NCBI GenBank assembly: GCA_951406725.2
Contig: OX597814.1
Span: forward strand, 95,046,001-95,110,000
DNA length: 64,000 nucleotides
DNA from: Octopus vulgaris
Lineage: Eukaryota
Direction: 5' to 3'
The position numbers and the translations under genes were made by a program. The notes under the pieces were generated by a model. The model did not search any database. It had not been told where the DNA came from and saw only the letters and a program-made list of their open reading frames with translations. Below, piece by piece: positions 12,380 through 26,905 of the stretch (the first letter of the stretch is position 1; each line of letters opens with the position of its first letter).

Positions 12380-13400
12380 AAGATACTATTGTGCAATTGT
12401 TTCCTTTTTGATAGGCTTAAGGGAAATGTTCGCTCTTATATGCATAGAATAACAACATATAAAGAAAAATACTGCTTTGAATCCGTAGATTTTAAAGTAT
12501 ATGTCTGTTTCTATATTTCTACCTGTTTCCATTGTGAATTTTATATTATGAATCATGTTGTTAATGTGATTTCCATAAGTTTATCAAGGTTATCCTGCCA
12601 TAAAACTCGTCATCTAGATGTTATTCACTTTTAAATGCATAAAATATTATTCCAAATAATTGCAAGATTCATCATAAAATTTTTCTTCTTTGCGTAAGTG
12701 AGGGTTAATTTCGTGATCATTGCAGTCCCTGATATTTGTTGGTCCAATGATTTATTGAAGATAAAATAATTAGTTTTTAATATAAATCTAAGACCAGCAA
12801 TAATAAAATGATTTTCAGTAATTCAAACTGGTATATATAAAGTAAATATCTATTTAATCGCAGTGATTCCATTGTTGTGAGGGATATTATCGTATAACTT
12901 TACATCATTAATGGAAATAATTATTCTTCACTCCTTGTTTTGCGATTGAGTATATCTAGATTATTCCAAATATAAGTCTGTATATGTTTATATAAGATGT
13001 CTAAAAGAAGTGACTAAACCAGTGTATTTCAAATATAGAGCCTGCTATAATCGATCTTAATTACAAACCATCTGGATATTTATATACTTGTTTTTACAGT
13101 TTTTACGAGCGTCACTTATAGCTAGGCCATAGACATTTCTGGTTTATCATTTTAAGTAAGTTGCTTGATAAAACTCTTTAATAGTCAAGCATTTGTAGTA
13201 TATATTCAATAAAGTCAGTAGTTTTCTCATTATTTTTTATATTGTTTATAAGTTGTTTGTTTCATTATTTTCTAACATTTTAACACAATTTCCTTTTAAT
13301 AATCTTTCGCTGACAACAACAACATTACCTTTATCGGTTTCTTTAGTTGTAATTTCAACGTCTTTTTGTTTATCATTTGGATTTGTTCATTCTTGTTTTG
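12380..13400 (-). pseudogene. Penelope-like element reverse transcriptase relic
   Basis: Minus-strand motifs KETDKGNVVVV, DVKLYDNIPHNNGITAIK, FILKTNYFIFN..QISGTAM.TK, IKFTME, HIRANIS..CTIVS, all characteristic of PLE RT; heavily degraded. Confidence 0.8.
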
Positions 13401-13695
13401 AGAAATTCGATGTTATGTCGTGATTATATTCGAAGTTATTCACAGCTTGAGATATATTTTCTTTAAGATTATTTTAATTCTACCATTGTATCGGAACATA
13501 CATACGCAGGAAGTTTTAGTCGCAATGTTGTTTAGCATATTTGTTTATGTATGTATTCTAAATTATATATAATGCTTAGTGACAAATGAATATATAAATC
13601 TGCTTTCGTGTATAATCTTACTTTATTCTGTAAACCAACTCTTCCATAATTTGGTATGTTTCATTCATATTTGGGGTAATTTTATATGTTCATTC

Positions 13696-13758
13696 ATATA
13701 TATATATATACATGTGTGTCTGTGTATATACATATATATATATGCATATATATATATA

Positions 13759-13848
<90 letters not shown>
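13696..13848. repeat. (TA)n microsatellite
   Basis: Direct reading. Confidence 0.95.
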
Positions 13849-13851
<3 letters not shown>

Positions 13852-14500
13852 GAATGTATGTAATATATAATTTATTTCACGGAAACGAAATGCTTGAATC
13901 AATTATTCAAATAACAAATCTGCTGGATGCCACTTTAAGAACATCCTCTTGCATAACGATGCAAGCCAGAGAAAATATATTACGAAAGACTTCTACGCCT
14001 GCATAACATTCATAATTCTCAAATATATAAACATTACTCTGTTGCTAGGAACAGCAGCGACTATGATGAGTGTTGCCATGGATGTTGGTTGGTTCCAGAT
14101 AGATTTTATCACCTTGGAAATCTATCAACTAGAAATAAAATACCAGAGGCTACTTTCTATCAAATATTCCCAAAGAAAAGGCGCCACGGTCAGGCATTTG
14201 TTACACTAATGAAAGTATTCTCCATTTCCAGCTGACTGTAAATAAGTTCTTGCGAACTCATTTCTTGATGTGATTAGCCAACCTGATCATTGTGACGTTC
14301 CTGAAACTGATTACGAGGTCTGTCTCGAGCCAAAGCCGCGAGTAATTTACCGAACCTTCAGACCAACAACAAAGAATTATTTTCTCCGTGTAGCCTGAAG
14401 TAATAAAAGGAAAATGAGATAAGAAAAAAAAAAGAAAAAAAAAGAAAAAAGAAAGAAAGAAAAGTCATAAAGAAAGCAAAAAAGAAAAAAAAATCAAGAG

Positions 14501-14646
14501 GTGTGTGGTAAGAAGCTAGCTTCCCAACCACTTGGTTCCGAGTTCAGTCCCACTGTGTGGCACCTTGGGCAATTGTCTTCTACTATAGCCTCAGACCGAC
14601 GAAAGTCTTGTGGATTTGGTAGACGGAAACTGAAAGAAACCCGTCG

Positions 14647-14707
<61 letters not shown>

Positions 14708-14935
14708 TGTATGTATGTATGTATGTATGTATGTATGTATGTTTGTATGTATGTATGTATACTGGTGTTGGTGAGTTTACATACCCGTAACTTACCGGTT
14801 CGGCAAAAGAGTCCGACAGACTAAGTACTAGGCTTAAAAAGCAATGTCCTGGGGTCGATTTATTCAACTAATACCTTTCAAGGTGGTGCCCCAGCATGGC
14901 TGCTGTCAACTGACTGAAACAAGTAAAAGGTTAAG
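14501..14935 (+). mobile_element. SINE family A with internal (TA)n(TATG)n
   Basis: Homology to 2150-2565. Confidence 0.85.
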
Positions 14936-14990
14936 AAAAAAGAAGAAAAGAGAAACCGAGTAAGAAAGAGAAATCAAAAATGAAGAAAAC

Positions 14991-15205
14991 AATCCTTTCT
15001 ATTATAGGCACAAGGCCTGAAATTTGTGGTGAGGGCGATGGTTGGTTGCTTCGATCCCAGTACTCGACTGTCACTTCTTTTAATCGACCCAGAAAGAATG
15101 AAAGAAGTCAACCTCGGCGGAATTTGAACTCAGGACATGAAGACAGACGAAATGCCGCTAAGTATATTGTCTGACATGCAAACGATTCAGTCAGCTCGCA
15201 GCCTT
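14991..15205 (-). mobile_element. SINE family B monomer
   Basis: Reverse-complement match to family B. Confidence 0.8.
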
Positions 15206-15262
15206 AGGAATAAAAGAAAAAAAGAAAAAAGGAAAGGTGTTAATGAATGAAGGAAACATAGT

Positions 15263-15510
15263 AGAGGCACGTGGCTTAGTGGTTAGGGTGTTGGATTCAT
15301 GATTGTAAGATTGTGATTTCAATTCCTGGATCGGGCGATGCGTTGTGTTCTTGAGTAAAACACTTCATTTTACGTTGCTCCAGTTCAATCAGGTAGCAAA
15401 AGTGAGTATTACTGCGACTGACCGGCACCCCGTCCCAGATAGAGAACTTATACGCCATGAAACCAAGAAAACCGACCCTTATGAGTCGGTATGACTTATA
15501 AAAGGAATTT
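15263..15510 (+). mobile_element. tRNA-derived SINE family C
   Basis: A box gtggcttagtggtt, B-box-like gatttcaattcc, central gttgtgttcttgagtaaaacacttcatttt.cgttgctccag (CORE/Meta-like), (GACT)n tail. Confidence 0.7.
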
Positions 15511-16616
15511 GAATGACTGACCAAATTGACTGACTGACCAGACTGACTGACGGACGGACGGATGGATGGATTACCAGTACCATGTAGAATATGCCTCATT
15601 ATGTTCCTCATGGGCTTTTATTTATTTTTATTTTTTTGTTAGAAAAGCAAGACAGGAATTGTATCGGGTATCTTAGAACATATCAGCGTTCCAACTCTAT
15701 CTTTTTCCATACTATTTTTCTTTCGACGGGGGAAAGCTTAACTACGAGAAATTTCTAATACGAAACAAACAGCCCCACCAGGAATTGAACACGTATCTTA
15801 GCTCAGCGAAAAATTTGCCATACAACCTACTGAGTCCGCTTCTTTCTTGTGCCACTGTTCAGTCATGGCGTACGAGTAAGTTCTATCGATTGTACACTTC
15901 CCCATCTCTACCATACTGTATCCTTATACTAATATAACAAAATCATTATTGATGTTTTATTGTGAATGCCTTGCTGGTGTAAGAAGTGGTGATGCTGGCG
16001 CTGTTGAGAGTTCTAGTAATATTAAAGATGGCGGTGGGTTGTAATGGTTCCGGTGGTTGTGGTGGTGGTGGTGGTGGTGGTGCCGGTGGTCGTCGTCGCT
16101 GTCGTCGTCGTGGTACGGATTGAGGTTGCTTTACCAAATGTGTTTGTTATGGAAATCAGCTAAAACCGATTATGTTGGCAATTTAGATTGATGCCATCAA
16201 CTAACTTGTTAATTACGTTCATACTGCCGCTCCTAGGCTGACCTACAAAATTACCAAATAAGACATCTATATACGCGTGCGTGTGTGTGTGAGTGTTTCT
16301 GTGTGTGCGTGTGTTCATGCATGCATAGACACACACACACACACACAAGTATAATGAAAAGACACATATGTCTTGTATGTATGATTTTCATGCTTTCTCT
16401 TTCATCTTATTTCTCGTTCTCTCTGCAGTTACATGCATACATGCACACGTGTACACGTACGTTTGTACGTATCTATATACCTATCTACCAACAAGCATAC
16501 ATACACACACAAACACACATACGCACACGCACAAAGAAAGAAAGAAGGAAAGAAAGAAACAAACAAACAAACAAACAAACAAAGAAACAAAGAAACAAAG
16601 AAAGAAACAAAGAAAC

Positions 16617-16651
<35 letters not shown>

Positions 16652-17244
16652 CAAACAAACAAACAAAGAAAGAAAGAAAAAGTTATGTTTGAAATGTTTA
16701 TTTGGAAAATGTTACACAGAAAACTAACTTCGATTTTAAGAATTATTCCTAATTGTATGTTTCGTAGAACTTCCTGTGGGATAAATATAACAGATAAATA
16801 TTTCCCTCTCTTTGCTTACCATCTACAAACCAGGACTTTCTTTTTTCTTGTGTCTTCGATACTTATAACTTGGAATGCTGGGGTGAATTCTTGTTAGCAT
16901 TAAAAGTATTTTGGTGGAAAGTTGATGCAATAAGTTAAGTTTCATAATTTGGAATTAATGACCATGGAATTTCTTGCTCAAAGAATTCTGAGCATAGGTT
17001 TTCAAGAACTTACCAAGTTATTTACCGAAAAATTTTAGTCAATTTTTGTGAATGAAATATGGCATATCTATAACCACCGGCGTTGAATGGGTAGTTATAG
17101 ACAACAATAGCCAAAATACTAGTAGTTTTTCTCTTCATAATTCTACGACGTTTTCTACTAGACACAGTACAGAAATTCGGTCAATGCACTGCTTTGTCTG
17201 TTTTTGTATATATATTTAATAATTAATACTACAAAGAGCGGAAA

Positions 17245-17385
17245 AGCAGCGAGCTGGTAAAATCGTTAGCACCCCGAGTAAAGTACGAGATAAAATAAGT
17301 ACCAGTTGAGTACTGGGATCGATGTAATCGACTCACCCCTTCCCCCGAAATTGCTGGCCTTGTGTCAAAATTTGAAACCAATATT
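17245..17385 (+). mobile_element. SINE family B, internally deleted
   Basis: Head gcagcgagctggtaaaatcgttagc joined to gataaaataagtaccagttg...gccttgtgtcaaaatttgaaacc. Confidence 0.75.
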
Positions 17386-17993
17386 ACAAAGAGCGGAAGG
17401 AAGAGATGACTATCAGCAAGTTTATAAGTAATATATAAAATAAACTGGCAGAGAACTCACGCTTAATATAATAAAGATTGTGCAAGCGGCGTATAGTAAG
17501 ACATTCTTGACGAATCTCATCAGCGATGTAGGTTTCAATTTTCAATTGACGTTTAATGTCCTTGCAGAAAATCTTGTAACTATATTTTCCTTTTACTCAA
17601 AGGAAATTGAACTTCATAATTTTTTTTTCTTCATCTTTAAAATATTAGACGTTTGTATTGTCGTTCTACAACACTCGGTGGGTTGTTCTGTCTTCAAGCA
17701 TTACATCATGAAATGGTTTATCTCCCCACACTATATCAACACCTTGCCTTGATATATATTACAACTATCAAACACACTACCATGTTATATACTTTATTCT
17801 GTCTGCAACATTTATACTGCTGCAGCACAGTTGCGAGTGTATCTCGTAGGGAGAAGGTTAAGGAAAGTAGAGGAACATACCTGGAGGGAAGTTTCAACAC
17901 TCTTCTAAATACCTCGTGTGTGTTGAGATATAATCCATTATTTGCTCTCAAGAAGAGCAAATAATGGATTTTTATGGATTATTCCTCCTCCTC

Positions 17994-18063
<70 letters not shown>

Positions 18064-18112
18064 CCTTATTATTATTACTATTATTATCATTATTATTATT
18101 ATTATTATTATC
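17994..18112. repeat. (TAT)n microsatellite
   Basis: Direct reading. Confidence 0.95.
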
Positions 18113-18139
18113 ATTCTTCTCCTCCTCCTTCTTCTTTAG

Positions 18140-18335
18140 CAGAGATGAATACTGATTGATCAAACTTATGACCGGAGGCACTCCAGCTGTGACCATCTCA
18201 TCTTCTAACTCCATTTAGAACTACTTTTATCGAATATATCTTTTCAATTTTAAGACTGCGGGAAACGATTCGAGAGAGAATCAGCTGTTATTTCTAGCAT
18301 GCCGAGCGATTGTGTGGAGGCTCCTTCGTTGGCTC
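18140..18335. repeat. Interspersed repeat family D
   Basis: gctgttatttctagca..cgagcga..gtggaggctccttcgttggct, shared with other D pieces in the window. Confidence 0.55.
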
Positions 18336-19050
18336 ATGATCTAAGGTAAGAAAGAGATAAAATGATATTTGGAGAATCGGTGTGTCGAACAAATATACAG
18401 ATAGGTAAGAATAGTAACTGTTGCATTTCAGTTCAGAATGGCAAACGATTCGTCTTCTGATTCAGCTGAGTCGATGTCGCAGAGCGGGGGCAGAAGACAG
18501 AGATCAAGAGGAGTTATATGCATTTATTGATTTAATCACTGAATATTCGTTTTCATCAAAGGCTGAAAGAGAAGCAAAAGTATACGATTCAAGATGTCAG
18601 AAACTGGTTGTTGGCATCACTGATTTTAGAATAAACACCTCTTTCTACATTTCTGTTTGCATTTTTATGTTGTTGCTTTTTTGCTCGGTTTTTTTTTAAC
18701 CGATCAAAGAATTAAGATATTGATCAAGTAAGAAATCGAAATGCTACTTGTGCTTCGTTAGAGATCAAGCAAAAGAATTTGCTCTAATATAAGGGAAGGA
18801 TTATTGTTTTTGTTACTAATTTTGTCAAAATTTAGTATTGATATTTATATATTCTGGGGAGCAATGTTGATCAAGAGGTTGGATTTTCGGCAGACTGAAA
18901 CTATGAAGTGTTTTCAATTCCTGGGCAATGCTACTTCACATCAATTCTAACATAGCACCTTTGACGTTTGATTGACATTTGCAAGCGTTCAGAACAGGTC
19001 TTAAGTCTAAGAATTACTTCGTCTCGCCAGTCATAGGAGACCTTATACAG

Positions 19051-19363
19051 CAGGAATTCTCAACCCCTTTGATTACTATTTTATTCTGATGGACCCCCAT
19101 AGCTATTCGATGTTTATTAACTAGTTTGATTGAAACTTCTTTCAAAATTCCAATTTTGTTTTTCAAACACTAACTTGTGTAGGTTGAACTATGTAAAATG
19201 TTAGAGAAAGAAACCTAGTTGTTTCTTGCAATACATACCAATACATACATCTAAAGTAAAAAAATTTCACGGGCCCTTAAAATATTATTGTGGATACCAA
19301 GTTTACTATTTTGTTATATGGATCCCTAAAAACTCTTATATGGACCCCAGTTGAGAACCACTA
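19051..19363. mobile_element. hAT (Charlie-type) MITE
   Basis: Imperfect TIRs caggaattctcaac / gttgagaaccacta, subterminal tggaccc repeats, degenerate 8-bp TSD ttatacag / ttgtaaag. Confidence 0.75.
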
Positions 19364-19430
19364 TTGTAAAGGATATGAATGTTAACCATCTTCCTCTGAT
19401 TTCTTTTAACTGGTTTCTTTTTAACTGGTA

Positions 19431-19820
19431 CTAGCAGTATCGCCCGGCGTTGCTCGGGTTTGTTTCGACCCTTTAGAATTGGAATTTTTGAAAAGTAAAA
19501 ATTTTGCATTATGTAGCTTGTTATTCTCTTTAAGTGAACATTTTCTGGTTGAAATACACCGAAAAATGGCGACACAGCAGTCAAAAGATCGTAAAAAATA
19601 GGGATTTTCATAGAAAAAAGCACATTTTTTATGTAAATAATTTTTGGTGTTAACATGGTCCGATTTGAATTTTTTCTTCTACTGAAGGAAGAGCAAGTCT
19701 TCTTCTATCATACTCTCAATTTTGGTCAACTTCCGCCGCGGGGTCTCGGGGGAGATAGTGTTAGTTGAAGGCTACCAAACCTGCCATACACAGACAAATT
19801 CAGCTTTATATATAGAGAGA
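19431..19820 (-). mobile_element. Non-autonomous Helitron
   Basis: Minus strand begins TC(tctctatatataaag), ends hairpin cccgagcaacgccggg then CTAG, inserted at A|T; 3' end identical to 61537. Confidence 0.85.
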
Positions 19821-20378
19821 TTAAGCCGTAATATTTTCAAAAGAGCAGAAAAAGAAAGAACGTTGCAGTGTCAATGTCTTTCACAATGCCATTAAATTTA
19901 ATGGTTACTTCATTCAAAATTTTAATAGTACTGTAAACATTGCAGCATTTTCCCTTTCCCCGCTCACGTGAAAATATTTTGGTGTAAGTCTAGTTTTGAA
20001 AAAACAATATTTATGTACTCAAGGGTAGTCAGTCGGGTGGTAATTACAAGGCTACAAAATTATTTAGTTGTAAACCAAATTAGCCCTAAATTAAATCTAA
20101 ATCTGTTCTGGCCTGGTGTGGTAGATAAAGGACAACTATATATGCATACACACACAACACAGATGTTCATGTGGGTATATCTGCTTATTTAAAATACATA
20201 AAGAAAAAGTAATCGATGCATAAAGTAGACTTAAAATAATAACCGTGAAGGAAACACTAGATTTTCAGTTCTTTACGCAGAAGTTCACGTTGCAGCTAAT
20301 TCAAAATTACCTTACACTTTTATCAAAAAAGTGTACAGGTTGGTTTAGTTTCAAAAATTTGGTGAAAGCAAAGCCTAT

Positions 20379-20451
<73 letters not shown>

Positions 20452-20584
20452 TAGAAAAAAAACACCTTTTATCAATTCAATAATTATATGTTTTTATATA
20501 TATATACATATTATATTTGGTGAAATTTGATTTAGTATTTCTAAATTTAATTTTTCCCTGTAAGTTTGGAATAATATTCCCTCA

Positions 20585-20680
<96 letters not shown>

Positions 20681-21600
20681 TAAATATGATGATTGATCAT
20701 GACATTATACATAAGCGAATTATAAATCACGAGAAAGAAAGAAAGAGGGGACATTTACAATGTTTACTGTATCCAAGCCAATGTATCGTAAATATTTAAT
20801 TTTTCACGTCAAATAATGCATATTACATAGGAAAGAAAGAATATGTATGACAGAGAAGCAGTTGTAAGCAGAAAGAAAATGTATTAATGATGAATATGCA
20901 CGACACTGAGCACATACAACACGCTTATAAAGGGGTGATGTTGAACAAAGAGACTAGTCTAATAGGGAATGGCATAGAGTCTTATGTAAAAAGATATAAA
21001 AAGGAAAAGAAAGATTAGAAGAGTAAAGAAAAGAGGAATTTTTAAAAAGTACAGGAAGATACGGAAAATTTTTCTTTAATACGAAATCATTTTGATGAAT
21101 AAATACATTAGAAAAACAAATTTGAAATATAAATGGGAAAAATAAATTAAAATGAAAATTAACAAAATAAAAACCAAATAAATTAAAATTTAATCCATTA
21201 CAATGAAATTAATATCTTTGATGATATCATTTAGATGGACACGACAGTTCACTAAAACCTTACTGTTCCATCTGCGAGAGAATCTTTGTCATCAAAACGA
21301 TGGTTTCCGAAAGAATCGAAAAATTTCAAGAAATTCCAGAAAGATGAAAGAATTTCGAAAGAATTCCACCTTAAATTCAGCTTAACTTATTTCGACCTGT
21401 AAAGAAATAATAAATTATAAATTTTCCGCCGTATGAACAGCCATCAATCAGTTTTTGAAACAATTGTTATAAATACACCCAAAGAATTTGGTTTAATAAT
21501 TGTAATTACTACCAACATCAATATAGTCAAAATAAAACATTAAAGCTGAGCACAGAAAAATATTATCCATATAGGAAGCCTAATGATTACTTAATATATC

Positions 21601-22025
21601 ACTCTTTTACTCTTTTACTTGTTTCAGTCATTTGACTGTGGCCATGCTGGAGCACCGCCTTTAGTCGAGCAAATCAACCCTAGGACTTATTCTTTGTAAG
21701 CCTAGTACTTATTCTATCGGTCTCTTTTGCCGAACCGCTAGTTAACGGAAACGTAAACACACCAGCATCGGTTCTCAAGCGATGTTGGGGGGGGGGGACA
21801 AACACAGACACACAAACATATGCACACACACACACACATACACACAAACACAAACACACACATATATATATATATATACGACGGGCTTCTTTCAGTTTCC
21901 GTCTACCAAATCCACTCACAAGGCTTTAGTCGGCCCGAGGCTATAGTAGAAGACACTTGCCCAAGATGCCGCGCAGTGGGACTGAACTCGGAACCATGTG
22001 GTTTGTAAGCAAGCCACTTATCACA
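21601..22025 (-). mobile_element. SINE family A, near full length
   Basis: Reverse-complement homology to 2150-2565. Confidence 0.9.
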
Positions 22026-22482
22026 AATTTTCTAGACATGACTTTATCGAATCTAGTAAATAGCATTAGTCGGCGTGTATCAAGCAAATCGACTTACAAA
22101 AGGCATTTTTGATCTTTTTACACCATATCATGGCAGCACCTTGTTATCGAGAACATTTTCTCTGCTTAAGAATTAAACTTCTTTCATTAATTAGATGAGA
22201 AGGAAAAAAATGTCCACTATTTTCCAGGTTTTCCCAAGCTGATAAAAATCAATGACGCTGGCATCCAATTTGAACTTGAGAATCTGTATATGTGAGAGCA
22301 ATAGTTGAGAGAGCACTAATCTTGATATTATCTTTTAATTAATTCTGTCCTTCGTTGTCTTGAGTTCAACTTCACACTTTCATCTCTGGTCACTTAAGCG
22401 TCAGACCGAATGACTTACTATCGAATTGACTGTATATTAACTTTGTAGCGAAGCAAAGGAAAACTGTGTGTATGTGTATACA

Positions 22483-22640
22483 TACATACACGCATGCATG
22501 CATACATACATACATACACACATACATACATACATACATACATACATACATACATACATACATACATACATACATACATACATACATACATACATACGTA
22601 CGTACGTACGTGCATACATACGTACATACATACATACACA
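22483..22640. repeat. (CATA)n microsatellite
   Basis: Direct reading. Confidence 0.95.
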
Positions 22641-22711
22641 CACAGGTATATGTAAATTTCTAATACTGATTGACGCTGTTCTTTGCGTTAAGATAGATTA
22701 CAGACAGAAAT

Positions 22712-22745
<34 letters not shown>

Positions 22746-23302
22746 CACACAGAGTATGTGTGTTTTAGAGAGAGAAAGTGGTGTTGAATGGCAGAGGTGT
22801 TAGAACGTTGGGTAGTATGACATGTGGTATTTGTCCTAGGTTTTTTTGTATTCTAAGTATAAAGCCCACCTCAATGGTAAAAAAAAATGGTGATAGACAT
22901 GAAGAGTCCTTAAGTAAGTGCACAAGTATTTCAGATGATCTTTGCCATTGCCAGTGCAACAGCTGGAGAGAGAATGCAAAGAAGCATTCAAGTCCTTGCA
23001 TTCAGTAAAAGATATATACATACATATATATGCGTGTATGTATGTGTGTGTATGTATGTATGTATGTATGTATGTATGTATGTATGTATGTATGTACGTA
23101 CGTATACGCATATACTGAATTGTAAGAACGGACCATTACTTATCTTCTATTGCATATCCCTCTTATCATGTACCTGTATATATTATCTGCATGTCTATAT
23201 GCCCGTATGCATGTATGTATAATACTTATCTATTTCAATACATAGATATAGATACATATGTGTGTAATTATATATGTGTGTGTGTAAATTGGTATTATAT
23301 AA

Positions 23303-23543
<241 letters not shown>

Positions 23544-25997
23544 TGGTTTCTCGTTACTGATCTATAAATGCCTCTTGTTGCTTTGCGTTACCAGCACCAC
23601 AATAGATTGGTTCTTTCTTAAAAATACATTACCATTAAGTCAGAGAGAGTGAAAGATAAAGATTCCTGTTGGGTGATGTAAATCAACAAAGATAAGTAAA
23701 ATATAAAAATCGAACTAGAAAACAAATACGTATAATTCTATGATACATACATATGTCTGTGTATACACATATATATGCACTATATATATGTGTGTATATA
23801 CGTATGTATACACGCACACACACAATATGGTAAATTCTACTTTTCTTGGATTTTGTTTCAAACTAAAGATATTTCTGTTTTATCTTAAAATTACGTTTTC
23901 CAGAGTTATCAATAATTCCCAGCGGCGATAAATCCTTTTCTATTCCTGTCGAAAGTTTCCTGTTTATTCTTAGATTTATCATCGAAATCTTGTGAGTCTT
24001 CCTTCCCACAATATTGAAGCAGAAATTGGTAGAGGGGAGACAGAGTAAAAATGCTGTCGTTATTGTTACTGATGTTATTTATATTTTCATTTTTTTCTCT
24101 CCCGTTATATCAGTCAAATCAATCTTTCCTTCTGTTTTTAATTTTCCTTTTTTTTTTTCTCTCTCCTTGTCTTTTACTCTTGACATTCAAAGACGGTTAT
24201 TGGGCATTATAGCTATCGCTGTTATCAAGAACACTTCTACCAATATCATGGCATAACAATATAACCAACAGTACACCTCTATAAAAGACAGCTTCTTATA
24301 GTAACAGGCTCGAGCTAAAGATGATATCCACAAGATATATGACTAATGGTGACAAATGTCAATAGAGAAATCACAGCATTGACTGGCTCAATATTCGTTT
24401 TCTCTTTGTTGACTCAATAAATTAAATTCTGCTTTTAATCCATTTGTAGTAATGCAATTTTTGTTACATTTTGTGAATTTAATCTTGACTTGAGAGATTG
24501 TTAAGATCAAAAGAAATTTTATTGCCTTCGTTGCTATTTCTTTGAAATGCTGCTACTTCTGAGTCCGGCTTTCAGCTTCTGCTTAATTACCAGATAACTT
24601 CGTCTAAAATCATGTATAGTTTGTACTAGCAAGGCACAAGTTGGATCTTAGCAGAGCTGATCTTTGTTCATGTCATCTCTGAGCATTTTCTTTTTTCATG
24701 TGGTGGCGAGAGCGGTATAAGCTTTAATGTTGTACAAACGAATTTATTATAAATTTATTAAAGTGTTATTGCATAACATTAGGGTGTCACAGTGCCAGAC
24801 AGTGGACAGGCAATCATGAACGTGCTATTGAAAGGGTGTGTTGCGCGCCAGAAACAACAATTCCTCCACTAGTAATACTAATTTTTCCACTGGTAATAAC
24901 AACTTTATAAAAGTATTCGTACACGTGAACCGAAAACTTAAAAAAATTAAGTCATAAGCATCGATTAAATAATTCCTATTTTAGTGATAAGTAAATATTC
25001 AGTTGAGAAAACAAAACGCTGAAGGTAGCAACAAATAACTATAACCTTACGTATAGTAACAAGCTAGTTAATTTACTAACACAAGTGACTTACTTGGCAG
25101 TCATAAGCACAATACATCACAAATATAGTTACTTCTCAGAAAGAGGTAGCAGTTATATGAAACCTAGCAATACAACAAAAGAGAATTTAGCGAATAAGAA
25201 ATTAAATATAGCTTTAAACTAATAAATAACTGTCCACTGGACCACTGACGCTGAAGTAATATCTAGCTCTCATACAGACTGAAACTACATCGGCATAATT
25301 GAAAATACATTTGAAAAACATTACACGTATGTATCTAAAAACCCATTATACACATAAACGAGGGAGCCTTTACGGTAGTTCAAACTGCTAGAAATAGCAA
25401 ACAGATATATCTCTCAAATTAACATACTCCGCCATGAAGACCCAAAATAAGATTTTTTTTCTTTAACGCTTCTTCTGATGTTAACAGTCACTTCAGATCA
25501 ATATTGTCGCTCCGGAGAAATTTCTATATTGATGACATTTAAAGATATCTGTTGAGAGAAACTTAGAATTATGAAAATGAAACTTCGCGTTTAAAAATTT
25601 CGTGGTAGTAGTTCTTAACACTAACCCCCATATTAGGCAGAAGAGAACGGCAAATTCTAGCGACCTTAGTATTTGATTTGTACTTTATTTATCAACTCCA
25701 AAAGGATAATATAGTTGGTCTCGGTGGGATTTGATCACAGAACGTAAAGGGTTCAATATATCACCCCGCCCTCGAAGCAGTAGACTGGAAGAATTAGTAC
25801 AGCGTAGGCCACTTCGTTTATTCCCTGTCGGATTTGTGTTCAAGTGTCGCCAGTGTCAATAAAATAAGTACCAAATCAAGTCTAAAAATCTATATAATCG
25901 ATCATAGCCTCCATGGAAATTTGTGACCTTGTGACAATGCTGTCGTAATTTTGAGTTTTCTAATGTCCTTACTCTTCCAATATTGAATTTACAATTA

Positions 25998-26905
25998 CGA
26001 GGAGGTACCCAAAAGTAACCGGAAACGTTTTATGTGAGACCATCCCATTGTAGTTCAGACTACCGCTACTAAAGCCACTTGATGTAACCCTCAGGCATCA
26101 GTTTGCCAACCGGTGTCATCCAGTGTAGTCTTACTATCACGTGGTGCGTCTTTGTTTTGCAATGTTTTTTCCCTGTTCGTCGATTTTTGTGATGGCTGAA
26201 ATAAAGAGACAGCGCGCTTTGTGAAATTCTGTTTTCTGTTGGGGAAAACGGCAACCGAAACAGTTGTCATGCTTCAAACAGCTTACAAGGTCGCTGCCAT
26301 GAGCAAAACACAAATGGTTTTCACGGTTTAGGAATGGTCACTTGTCGTATGAAAACCAACTTCGTTCAGGAAGACTGTCAACCTCCCGAACGAATGAAAG
26401 CATCGCGAAAATTCATGAACTGATCTTGGAGGACCGTTACCAAACAATTGACGGACTTTTTGATATGATTGGTATATCCTGGAGCTCCTGCCAACGAATT
26501 TTGAGCGAGGAAATGCGAATGAAAAGAGTTGCAGCAAAATTTGTGCCTCGCTAGTTCAGGAAGATCAAGAGCTGTCATGACTGAATGCTTGACCCCACTT
26601 ACCCACCCTCCCTACTCACCCGATCTTGCTCCTTACAAATTTTTTTGTTTCCCCGAATGAAAATGTCCTTGAAGGAAAGTGTATTGCAGATGTAGAAGAG
26701 GTGACAGAAAAAGCGACGGAAACATTAAAAGGCATCAATTCGCAAGAGTTCCAGGACTGCTTTGAACAGTGGAAAACGCGTCTGGGCCGATGCTTTGCTT
26801 CAAATGGAGAATACTCTGAAGGCAATAAAAGTTTAAACATGTAAAGCTAGGTGAATAAAATGATATTGCAAAATTCCGGCTTCTTTTTGGGTATCCTCCG
26901 CCTCG
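25998..26905 (+). mobile_element. mariner element with internal deletion of the catalytic core
   Basis: TA + TIR cgaggaggtacccaaaagtaaccggaa and inverse at ~26874-26905; transposase KFCFLLGKTATET..RSGRLST..AAKFVPR joined to HPPYSPDLAP..FEQWKTRLGRCFASNGEYSEG. Confidence 0.9.

Noticed and set aside
14041-14085. Two RFX X-box-like motifs (gttgctaggaac, gttgccatggat)
   Set aside because: Both imperfect and no supported transcription start nearby
22920-23005. Possible RT YADD-region relic (SDDL.AIASATAG..MQRSIQVL)
   Set aside because: Needs frameshifts in under 90 bp; too short to support
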